IMG/VR virus record: IMGVR_UViG_2534682108_000015
Coordinates: 1-17,603 of that record
Reading direction: 5' to 3' (one strand)
Length of the DNA: 17,603 bases
DNA from: a virus
Lineage: Duplodnaviria; Heunggongvirae; Uroviricota; Caudoviricetes
Below, in pieces: positions 8,329-16,010 of the stretch. The notes beneath the pieces are model-generated. The model had not been told where the DNA came from, searched no databases, and worked only from the letters and a program-made list of their open reading frames with translations. The first letter of the stretch is position 1. Every line of letters begins with the position of its first letter. The position numbers and the translations under genes are program-made.

Positions 8329-8549
8329 TCCGGAATATTTTCAAACGTTTTACCAATCAGACTTTCCGTTGTCCTCGTCCGGGTCAGTGGTACACCACGC
8401 CTGCAGGGCATGTTCTACGTGTTAGCCTGGTTGACCGTGAATGTCAGAAGGTGATTTGTGAACCGCTGGGCCGTAATTACCGCGTCAGTATGCCGCTTAT
8501 AGCCTTTCGCTCCGGAAAAAACATGAAGCATCTCGGAGGTGCAGCATGA
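8325..8549 (+). CDS. Small hypothetical protein (74 aa), translationally coupled on both sides
   Basis: ATGA overlaps with the rha stop (8325-8328) and with the replication-gene start (8546-8549). Contains three Cys and a basic N-terminus. Confidence 0.5.
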   Translation: MIRNIFKRFTNQTFRCPRPGQWYTTPAGHVLRVSLVDRECQKVICEPLGRNYRVSMPLIAFRSGKNMKHLGGAA

Positions 8550-9364
8550 GTATGGAGCTGATGGTTAAAGCGATGAAAATTCGAGTGGGTAATCCATTGC
8601 GAAAACTGGTTCTGATCAAGCTGGCTGATAATGCCAGCGATCAGGGTGAGTGCTGGCCCAGCTACCAGCATATTGCTGACCAGTGCGAGATTAGCAAACG
8701 TTCTGTGATGAATCATATTGCGGCCCTTTGTGAGTCCGGGCTGGTAAAAAAAGTCACCCGGAAAGGTGAAAAAGGTAACTCAAGTAATATCTATCTCCTT
8801 CATCTTGATGGTGCAGGAGATTCACTAGGGGGTAGTGCAAATAATTCACTATCTGGTGCAGCAAATTCACTAGGTAGTGCAGGAGTTGCACCAGGGGGTA
8901 GTGCAGGAGATTCACCCAGAACCAGTCACTCTTTTGAACCAGTCAAAGAATCAGTCAATGAACCAATAGCTGTTGGTGCATCAGTTGATGAGTCCGTGCG
9001 AGTTCGTTCAAACCGACCGGAATACTCTCCGGAGTTTGAGCAGGCATGGCTGGCCTATCCCAAACGTGCTGGTGGCAATTCAAAATCTGCAGCCTTCAAA
9101 GCTTGGAAAGCCCGTTTGAATGAGGGGGTAAAACCCGAAACCATGCTGGAAGGTGTGAAACGCTACGCGGGCTGGGTATCTGCGATGGGTAACAGCGGCA
9201 CACAATTTGTGAAACAGGCTGTCACGTTCTTTGGTCCGGATCGTCATTTCGAAGAATCCTGGGAAGTTCCTGCGGTATCTGCAGCCAGACGCGAGGACCC
9301 GTACTTCAAAGCCAGTTACGACAACGTGGACTACAGCCAGATCCCGGCAGGATTCAGGGGGTGA
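8546..9364 (+). CDS. Replication initiator / replisome organiser (N-terminal HTH, Gly/Ser-rich linker, DnaT-like C-terminal domain)
   Basis: 272 aa with GGAGG SD. Iteron-like DNA repeats are embedded in the linker-coding region, as in ori-lambda within gene O. The C-terminal region (YPKRAGGNSKSAAFKAWKARL...) is typical of phage DnaT-like replication proteins. Confidence 0.8.
   Translation: MSMELMVKAMKIRVGNPLRKLVLIKLADNASDQGECWPSYQHIADQCEISKRSVMNHIAALCESGLVKKVTRKGEKGNSSNIYLLHLDGAGDSLGGSANNSLSGAANSLGSAGVAPGGSAGDSPRTSHSFEPVKESVNEPIAVGASVDESVRVRSNRPEYSPEFEQAWLAYPKRAGGNSKSAAFKAWKARLNEGVKPETMLEGVKRYAGWVSAMGNSGTQFVKQAVTFFGPDRHFEESWEVPAVSAARREDPYFKASYDNVDYSQIPAGFRG
8811..8917. repeat. Putative origin iterons: 20-24-bp-spaced repeats with internal dyad symmetry (CACTA...TAGTG) inside the replication gene
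   Basis: GTGCA recurs at 8812, 8836, 8856, 8877 and 8901; TTCACTA at 8821, 8845 and 8866. CAGTCA triplet repeats (8923, 8941, 8953) follow. Confidence 0.6.
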
Positions 9365-9366
9365 TT

Positions 9367-9855
9367 ATGAGTCTTTTGAATGAAGTTCAGAAATTCATTG
9401 AAGCCCATCCGGGGTGTACTTCCGGAGACATTGCGGATGCTTTTGCAGATTACTCACGGCAGCGCGTTCTGCAGTCAGCAAGCAAGTTACGTCAGAGTGG
9501 GAGTGTGGCTCACCGTTGTGAAGGAGATACACGCAGACATTTCCCGCGCCTGACTGAGAGAGCGCAGGGGCCGGAACCACAACCAGTTCGTGAAACCAGA
9601 TCTGTGCGCAATTTCTATGTCGGCACTAACGATCCACGGGTGATTTTGTGCCTGACCCGCCAGGCTGAAGAACTGGAGTCCAGGGGCTTATACCGTCGTG
9701 CTGCAACGGTGTGGATGGCGGCATTCCGAGAAAGCCACTCCCAGCCAGAACGAAACAATTTTCTGGCTCGTCGTGAGCAGTGCTTACGGAAAAGCAGCAA
9801 GCGTGCTGCATCGGGTGAAGAGTGGTATCTGTCAGGGAATTACGTGGGGGCTTAA
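9367..9855 (+). CDS. PerC/Pch-like transcriptional regulator with an N-terminal winged-helix-like extension
   Basis: C-terminal segment AEELESRGLYRRAATVWMAAF...RREQCL resembles the PerC family. Start taken at ATG 9367 (GGGGG SD); the ORF track begins at GTG 9361. Confidence 0.5.
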   Translation: MSLLNEVQKFIEAHPGCTSGDIADAFADYSRQRVLQSASKLRQSGSVAHRCEGDTRRHFPRLTERAQGPEPQPVRETRSVRNFYVGTNDPRVILCLTRQAEELESRGLYRRAATVWMAAFRESHSQPERNNFLARREQCLRKSSKRAASGEEWYLSGNYVGA

Positions 9856-10181
9856 TGACGACGTTAACTCAATGCCAGCAGCAGGTGCTGGATATGCTGA
9901 TTTCTTATCAGAAAGAACGTGGTTTCCCGCCAACCAATCAGGAGGTGGCAACCATGCTGGGATACCGTTCGGTGAATGCAGCGGTGGAGCATCTTCGCGC
10001 ACTGGAGAAAAAAGGCGTCATCACGATAAAGCGTGGCGTGGCCCGGGGTATCACGCTTCATACCACAGTGAAGGATGACGACAGTGAGGCAGCCGGGATT
10101 ATCCGCGCACTGCTTGCCGGTGAGGAAAACGCCAGACTGCGTGCAGTCCACTGGTTACATAAGAGGGGCCTGAAAGTATGA
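9855..10181 (+). CDS. LexA N-terminal DNA-binding-domain protein lacking the S24 peptidase domain
   Basis: 108 aa from ATG 9855 (TAATG overlap with the upstream stop). MTTLTQCQQQVLDMLISYQKERGFPPTNQEVATMLGYRSVNAAVEHLRALEKKGVI aligns by eye with the LexA winged-HTH; there is no Ser/Lys peptidase region. Confidence 0.75.
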   Translation: MTTLTQCQQQVLDMLISYQKERGFPPTNQEVATMLGYRSVNAAVEHLRALEKKGVITIKRGVARGITLHTTVKDDDSEAAGIIRALLAGEENARLRAVHWLHKRGLKV

Positions 10182-10567
10182 AGCTGATCCTGCCTTTTCC
10201 GCCCAGCGTGAACACGTACTGGCGACACCCCAACAAAGGGGCGTTTGCTGGTAAGAGCCTGATAAGCGCGGCGGGGCGAAAATTCCAGAGCGCGGCGTGT
10301 GCAGCAATAGTTGAGCAGTTACGTCGTCTGCCAAAACCAACGTCGGCACCTGCTTCAGTGGAGATCGTGTTGTTTCCTCCGGATAACCGGATCCGCGATC
10401 TGGACAACTATAACAAGGCGCTGTTTGACGCCCTGACCCACGCGGGGGTGTGGGAAGACGACAGTCAGGTGAAAAGAATGCTGGTGGAGTGGGGACCGGT
10501 TATCCCGGAAGGGAAGGTCGAGATCACTATCAGTAAGTACGAGAAAACGGCGGGTGCAGCCGCCTGA
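10178..10567 (+). CDS. rusA: Holliday-junction resolvase RusA
   Basis: 129 aa with the RusA hallmark (LPFPPSVNTYWRH ... RDLDNYNKALFDALT ... DDSQV). ATGA coupling to the upstream gene and SD AAGAGGGG. Confidence 0.9.
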   Translation: MKLILPFPPSVNTYWRHPNKGAFAGKSLISAAGRKFQSAACAAIVEQLRRLPKPTSAPASVEIVLFPPDNRIRDLDNYNKALFDALTHAGVWEDDSQVKRMLVEWGPVIPEGKVEITISKYEKTAGAAA

Positions 10568-10586
10568 TTAAGAGGAGAAACGAAGT

Positions 10587-11429
10587 ATGAATAATCTGAT
10601 GGTCATTGATGGTATTGAAGTTCGTCGTGATGCTTATGGGCGTTACAGCCTGAACGATCTGCATCGCGCAGCAGTAGCATCTGGTGCAAATGCCAGAACC
10701 AAGGAGCCGGGAAAGTTTCTTTCCAGCCAACAGATTACTGAGCTGGTTCAGGAATTGATCGATACCCAAAATCTGGGTGTCGGTTCATTCAATGAAACTA
10801 CCCAAAATTTGGGTAGTAAACCTGTCAGTAAAATAGAAGGGCGGAATGGCGGAACATATGTCTGTAAGGACCTGGTGTATGCCTATGCAATGTGGATCAG
10901 CCCGTCATTCCATCTGAAGGTGATCCGCACTTTCGACATGGTAACCAGCGCACCGGAAAAATTATCCTGGCAGGCTGCTGACAAGATGCAGGCTGGCGTG
11001 ATTCTGCTGGACTTTATGCGCCGGGAGTTAAATCTGTCTAACTCATCAGTGCTTGGTGCCTGTCAGAAACTCCAGGAGGCTGTTGGCTTACCGAATCTGG
11101 CACCGCGCTATGCCATTGATGCTCCTGCTGACGCGCCTGATGGCTCAAGCCGCCCCACGCTGTCACTGAGTGCATTGCTGAAGCAGTATGGTATCCGCCT
11201 GACAGCTAATCAGGCATATCACCAGATGGTGAAGCTGGGGATCGTCGAGCAGCGCGAACGATACAGCCGTACCGCGATTAACAACATCAAAAAATTCTGG
11301 TCACTGACAGCGAAAGGCTGCATGTTCGGCAAGAACATCACCAGTCCCGCAAATCCGCGCGAGACGCAGCCGCATTTCTTCGAATCCCGATTCCCTGAGC
11401 TGTTAAAGCTGCTCGATACCGTTCATTGA
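10587..11429 (+). CDS. KilA-N domain protein (antirepressor-like)
   Basis: 280 aa. N-terminal KilA-N-type region (DGIEVRRDAYGRYSLNDLHRAA ... YVCKDLVYAYAMWISPSFHLKVI). SD AGAGGAG. Confidence 0.8.
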   Translation: MNNLMVIDGIEVRRDAYGRYSLNDLHRAAVASGANARTKEPGKFLSSQQITELVQELIDTQNLGVGSFNETTQNLGSKPVSKIEGRNGGTYVCKDLVYAYAMWISPSFHLKVIRTFDMVTSAPEKLSWQAADKMQAGVILLDFMRRELNLSNSSVLGACQKLQEAVGLPNLAPRYAIDAPADAPDGSSRPTLSLSALLKQYGIRLTANQAYHQMVKLGIVEQRERYSRTAINNIKKFWSLTAKGCMFGKNITSPANPRETQPHFFESRFPELLKLLDTVH

Positions 11430-11430
11430 G

Positions 11431-12426
11431 GTGACCGTGAGAGCACTACTGACCCCTGAAATTGCCCCGCGTATGGGGATCGTATTGTTCAGGCCAGGTT
11501 CAGAGCTGATGCCCCTGTTTATGCAGGGGCGTGTCCTGCTGGAGCCTGAGCCGGAACGTTATTCATCTTTCGCCAGTGGTGCTGTTCCGGCGGCATCACA
11601 ACCGCTGGCGGATGATCCTGCCGTTCGGGCCGTGTTCCGCAATGAGGCAGTGATCCGTCGTGCTGGTGGCGTGGAATGTCTTGAAAGCTGGTTACTTCGT
11701 GAAAAAGGCTGCCAGTGGCCTCATTCCGACTGGCACAGCGAGAACATGACCACAATGCGTCACGCGCCGGGCGCAATCCGTCTGTGCTGGCACTGCGATA
11801 ACCAGCTGCGCGATCAGTTCACGGAACGGCTGGAATCAATGGCAACGGATAACTGTGCCCGCTGGGTGTTGTCTGTCGTGCGTCGGGATCTCGGTTTTGA
11901 TGACAGTCACGTTGTGACAATGCCGGAACTGTGCTGGTGGCTGGTTCGTAATGATCTGGCGGATGCCTTACCTGAAAGTGCAGCCCGTAAGGCACTGAGA
12001 TTACCGAAGCCTGTTGTGCCGTCTGTCACCCGGGAGAGTGACCTTGTTCCTTCGGTTCCGGCCACCAGCATCATCCAGAATAAAGCGAAAAAGGTGCTGG
12101 CGCTGAAAGTGGATCCGGAGTCGCCGGAGTCTTTTATGTTACGCCCAAAACGTCGCCGCTGGGTTAATGAAAAGTACACGTGCTGGGTTAAGACACAGCC
12201 GTGTGCATGTTGTGGAAAGCCCGCTGATGATCCCCACCACCTGATAGGTCACGGTCAGGGTGGAATGGGAACAAAAGCGCATGACCTTTTTGTGTTGCCT
12301 TTGTGCAGAAAGCATCACGACGAGCTGCATGCGGATACCGTGGCATTTGAAGAGATGTATGGCTCCCAGCTGGAGCTGATATTTCGTTTTATCGATCGTG
12401 CGTTGGCAATTGGTGTGCTGGCCTGA
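11431..12426 (+). CDS. DUF968-family protein with a C-terminal HNH-like Cys/His motif
   Basis: 331 aa. C-terminus CACCGKPADDPHHLIGHGQGG...CRKHHDELH. GTG start as in the ORF track; alternative in-frame starts exist. Confidence 0.7.
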   Translation: MTVRALLTPEIAPRMGIVLFRPGSELMPLFMQGRVLLEPEPERYSSFASGAVPAASQPLADDPAVRAVFRNEAVIRRAGGVECLESWLLREKGCQWPHSDWHSENMTTMRHAPGAIRLCWHCDNQLRDQFTERLESMATDNCARWVLSVVRRDLGFDDSHVVTMPELCWWLVRNDLADALPESAARKALRLPKPVVPSVTRESDLVPSVPATSIIQNKAKKVLALKVDPESPESFMLRPKRRRWVNEKYTCWVKTQPCACCGKPADDPHHLIGHGQGGMGTKAHDLFVLPLCRKHHDELHADTVAFEEMYGSQLELIFRFIDRALAIGVLA

Positions 12427-12443
12427 TTTTGTGGAGAAGGTTG

Positions 12444-12806
12444 ATGCGTGATATTCAGATGGTTCTTGAGCGTTGGGGGGCATGGGCGGCGAGTGATAGT
12501 TCTGGGGTAGACTATTCGCCTATAGCTGCTGGGTTTAAAGGGCTTCTTCCCTATACAAGCAAAACACGTCAGGCTTGTTCAGATAGTGATGCATTAATTA
12601 TTGAAGGTTGTCTTGCTCGTCTAAAGCAAAAAAGACCTGAAGAACACTCGCTTCTTGTTGCCCATTACCTATACGGTATCTCTAAAAGAAAGCTCGCTAA
12701 AGCTCGCAAAAAGGATGAGAAAATAATACGCATTGAGATACAGATGGCTGAGGGATTTATAGAAGGTTGTCTAGCTATTCTAAATGTTAGCTTAGATATG
12801 GATTAA
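12444..12806 (+). CDS. Q: Late-gene antiterminator Q (QuuD / phage-21-82 type)
   Basis: 120 aa from ATG 12444 (SD GGAGAAGG). The N-terminus MRDIQMVLERWGAWAA...AAGFKGLLP is characteristic of the small Q family. Confidence 0.8.
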   Translation: MRDIQMVLERWGAWAASDSSGVDYSPIAAGFKGLLPYTSKTRQACSDSDALIIEGCLARLKQKRPEEHSLLVAHYLYGISKRKLAKARKKDEKIIRIEIQMAEGFIEGCLAILNVSLDMD

Positions 12807-12849
12807 TATCTTGGTTTGGGTAAGCAGGTGTGCTTGCACCTGCTTAATA

Positions 12850-13302
12850 TTATATGTGGGGTAATATCCAGTTTATTTTCCGCCAGGTACTTGCAAATGA
12901 AACTATTGATACGATCAGGGTCGAGAAACCATATAAGGTTAGGGCGAAATCAAGTCTTACAGAGGTAATGGTGATTTTTTCATTTATAAACATTGCTATC
13001 AGCGGGAAAATACATGCTAATATTAAGGTGACTCCCGTAGATAACAGGTTATGAATAATTTTAGGTAAAATCTTGTTTTGTTTTAAAGCAAAAATAATTC
13101 CATCAGTGCTTGAACTTGCAGAACTGAAGATGGAAATAGCGGCCAATACAAAACCAAACAAAATGCCTGCCACCGTAGATAACACTCCGGCTGTACTTAA
13201 GATATCAGAGTGAGCCATAGGCGCTAGGTATTTCCCAAGCACCCAAGCTAACAGCCCACTGATAACTATGTTAATTAAAACTTTAATAAGCATAATCATC
13301 AT
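12850..13302 (-). CDS. Small four-TM membrane protein (RexB-like architecture); second gene of the AT-rich accessory cassette
   Basis: 150 aa with four clear hydrophobic helices (about residues 3-23, 36-60, 88-108, 120-140). AT-rich. Starts 14 nt after the upstream gene's stop, with AAGGA before the start cluster. Confidence 0.6.
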   Translation of the reverse strand: MMIMLIKVLINIVISGLLAWVLGKYLAPMAHSDILSTAGVLSTVAGILFGFVLAAISIFSSASSSTDGIIFALKQNKILPKIIHNLLSTGVTLILACIFPLIAMFINEKITITSVRLDFALTLYGFSTLIVSIVSFASTWRKINWILPHI

Positions 13303-13316
13303 CCTTAAAAATAAGA

Positions 13317-14249
13317 TCAGATTTCATATTGCTTTAAATACTGACCATGTTCAATTTTAGCACTTATCAAGGCAGTACGCACATCTGTTTCTTTTGCGTA
13401 GCCATCTTTTGTGTTAATGTTTTTTTCACTGATCAGAACTTGATTGAGAAGACTCCTTGAATGAGTATTTTTAGGTTCAGTGACATTAGCTTTACGTAAT
13501 AAGTGAGGAACTTTTTCTATTAATTCCTTTATTCCACTTTTTACTTCATCACTGAGATAACCACGGATTAATTTACGTTGCGATGCTCTACCTCTAAGTG
13601 ATAGTTTTAAATGCGAACCGCCCATCCCAGCCATCATTTCAATCATACTTTTGGAAAATGAATTCGAAAGGTCATAATCCGTTGCGCTAAAATCACGTGG
13701 AGCGGCGAGTGTAATTTCACAGCTACGTAAAGTGCTTCCTGTTTCAAGTAGTTCTTTTACACTTTCTTTTTTCCAAATTGCCTCAAACGCTACAGGTTTG
13801 TTTTCTTCAGAAAAATTGAATAAAAGAAATGCTAAATCGGAAGCTTTAGGTCATAAATGATTTTGAGATAAAACAAGAATGTCTTTCTTATAGTAGTAAA
13901 TAAAATAAGTGCGTTCGACTATATATTTTTTATCATCTAACGGAATATTGTGCTCATCCCAATTTTCATCACCAATATAAGGTAAGTGGAAACCATCACG
14001 AGAGCATGATAGATAACCAAAATAGAACTCCGCCTGTGCGTCTTTTTCTAAGAATACAATCTTTAATTTTTTCTTATCAAACTCAGCGGTATAAGAATTT
14101 TGCGAAGGTGTAACAATGGTTGTATACATTTTGTCAAATGCAAGTTGTGCATTTGATGTAGTTGACTTCGTTCCTGAGGAGCTTTGGAAGAAACCGATAC
14201 GCATTTTTTTTTGTTTAGTTAGTGGCGCGGAAGTGGCTGTAGTAGTCAT
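13317..14249 (-). pseudogene. Cytoplasmic protein of about 311 codons split by one in-frame TGA (13851-13853); first gene of the accessory cassette; RexA-like by position and size only
   Basis: ORFs 13851-14249 and 13317-13646 are in the same frame. The 68 codons between the TGA and the next ATG contain no stop and no ATG/GTG/TTG, verified codon by codon. AT-rich. Confidence 0.55.
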
Positions 14250-14548
14250 TAAAATTACCCTTTATTATCCTTTTGAATCAATGGGTTGTGATTTATTAAT
14301 GATCCTGGGTTCGTTGCATATGCATAATCTATCAAAAAAAACTTACGCGGTCCGCATTTTCTCGTTTACTGTGTTAAGAGTGGTTACTTCGCCACACAGC
14401 TTAAACCCGCCGTCGAGCGGTTTTTTTGTACCTGTAAACCTGGTGCAGTACAGTAAACACGCTGGTGGTCGTGAATACTGACTTTTTATCTTGCTGGCTT
14501 TTTAGACAAGAGTTATTGGTATGTCATGTTAACCAGAAGGGAAAAGAC

Positions 14549-14752
14549 ATGCTAAAACAGCAAGATATGACAGAAATCGCCGCCGCAGTCCTTCACTTCT
14601 TACCTGCTGACAAGTGGGTAACGCCACGCATGATGACGAGAACTACCGGAGTAAGCGAAGCCCGGTGCCAGTTAATACTGACTCAGTTAGTTCTGGCGGG
14701 TCTGGCGAAGGATAACGGCGGGTACGGGAATAAATTCAGACGCTGCCAGTAA
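14549..14752 (+). CDS. Small winged-helix DNA-binding protein (67 aa), divergent from the accessory cassette and upstream of the methyltransferase fragment
   Basis: ATG 14549 with SD AAGGGA 6 nt upstream. HTH-like segment TPRMMTRTTGVSEARCQLILTQLVLAGL. Confidence 0.5.
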   Translation: MLKQQDMTEIAAAVLHFLPADKWVTPRMMTRTTGVSEARCQLILTQLVLAGLAKDNGGYGNKFRRCQ

Positions 14753-14902
14753 TGGCGGTTTCCTGCTGTGAAAATGGGCGGCTGGTGGGTGTTGGTAGCA
14801 CCTGCCAGCCATTCGCTCATGCTTACTGGTCACAAGCGAACCACGGCCCACTGCTTTAGCGCAAAAGCAGAGTGAGCCTACCAGAGTTACGCTTACTGAT
14901 CC

Positions 14903-15310
14903 ATGAAAAATACTGTAAAAATAAACAGTGTTGATTTAATCAACGCTGATTGCCTGCATTTTATTCAGTCCCTGCCTGATGATTCCATTGACCTGATAGT
15001 TACCGATCCGCCGTACTTCAAAGTGAAGCCCAACGGTTGGGACAATCAGTGGAAAGGGGACGAAGATTACCTGAAGTGGCTGGACCAGTGTCTGGCTCAG
15101 TTCTGGCGGGTGCTGAAACCTGCCGGAAGTCTTTACCTGTTCTGTGGACATCGCCTGGCATCTGATATTGAAATCGTGATGCGTAAACGTTTTAATGTGC
15201 TGAACCATATCATATGGGCGAAGCCGTTCAGACCTTGGAGCGCATGCTGTTGTTGCTCACTGGTATTACGAACGGTTTGCTCACGGGGATGTACACATAT
15301 TAATTGTTGA
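14903..15310 (+). pseudogene. DNA methyltransferase (N6A/N4C, DPPY type), 5' fragment only
   Basis: N-terminus carries the catalytic DPPY motif (IVTDPPYF) and IIWAKP; the target-recognition and FxGxG (AdoMet) regions are absent. The reading frame degenerates after about residue 115 and runs into AT-rich DNA. Confidence 0.6.
14911..14930. promoter_or_regulatory. Strong LexA (SOS) box-like palindrome at the 5' end of the methyltransferase fragment
   Basis: TACTGTAAAAATAAACAGTG: CTGT-N8-ACAG with an AT-rich spacer and 11 of 12 outer consensus positions. Overlaps codons 3-9 of the ORF. Confidence 0.45.
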
Positions 15311-15318
15311 TGTTAATA

Positions 15319-15660
15319 TTACGTCATGTTATTAATACAAAATTGCAACGCATCATTCAAAGTATTATAATTATCATTTGTTGCATTTATTATGCCAACA
15401 TTCCTTGTTGGTCTTCCTTCCGTTGAATATTCTATCCAGAATGAGCCGGTGTATTTTGACATTCTATATGTTGCGAATTCTTTTGCATTAATTGGTGGTT
15501 TGGTGCCGTTGAGATCCATTATATAACCACTTTCTTGAATTGTCTTAGAAAGGCAATTGATTATTTCATTTGTCGATATTTCACTGTCGATTTGAGGATG
15601 ATTCACAATTAGCCCCATGCAGAGGATGCTTGAAATTATTATAAAAATATTTTTTATCAT
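15319..15660 (-). CDS. Small AT-rich secreted or membrane-anchored protein (113 aa) with an N-terminal signal-like hydrophobic segment
   Basis: MIKNIFIIISSILCMGLIV... followed by a polar N/T/S-rich body. Very AT-rich, with AT-rich 5' flank 15661-15960. Confidence 0.5.
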   Translation of the reverse strand: MIKNIFIIISSILCMGLIVNHPQIDSEISTNEIINCLSKTIQESGYIMDLNGTKPPINAKEFATYRMSKYTGSFWIEYSTEGRPTRNVGIINATNDNYNTLNDALQFCINNMT

Positions 15661-16010
15661 GATGTCTGTTTTTGTGAATTTTTAGATAGAATGTCTGCTG
15701 TGGAAATATGTATACCTCTTGTGCTCATTTATTTCAATAGATAGTTGAGCACTCATTGTGCTAATGGAAGAAGTTTTTTAATATGGAGTATCATCAAAAT
15801 CACACAATAGTGATTAATATTGCTATTAGATAAAGAAGTATCGCTAACTTTGATTTTGTTGAATTTGTTTTTAATAAAAGTTAGTGTGGTTTATATAGCA
15901 GGCATATGCATGCTGTTTTTAAAGAAACTTATTGCCCCTTTAGCCCTAATGGTCAGAGCGAGAGGTTAATAACCGCCAGGTCGCCGGTTCAAACATGGCA
16001 GGGGCACGAA

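Noticed and set aside
9395-10407. Seven overlapping 61-126-aa ORFs on both strands (9395-9580, 9615-9800, 9626-9811, 9698-10078, 9864-10151, 10099-10407, 10155-10349)
   Set aside because: All overlap the well-supported PerC-like, LexA-like and RusA genes in other frames; typical GC-rich shadow ORFs.
14315-14324. Palindrome TGCATATGCA upstream of the cassette, with a similar GCATATGCATGC at 15902-15913 upstream of the secreted-protein gene
   Set aside because: Short palindromes containing CATATG recur elsewhere in the window; two occurrences of an 8-mer are near chance expectation. Insufficient support for a shared operator.
14405-14426. Weak hairpin plus T7 run in the cassette promoter region
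   Set aside because: Only a 4-bp stem; it could equally be part of an AT-rich promoter. Not called as a terminator.
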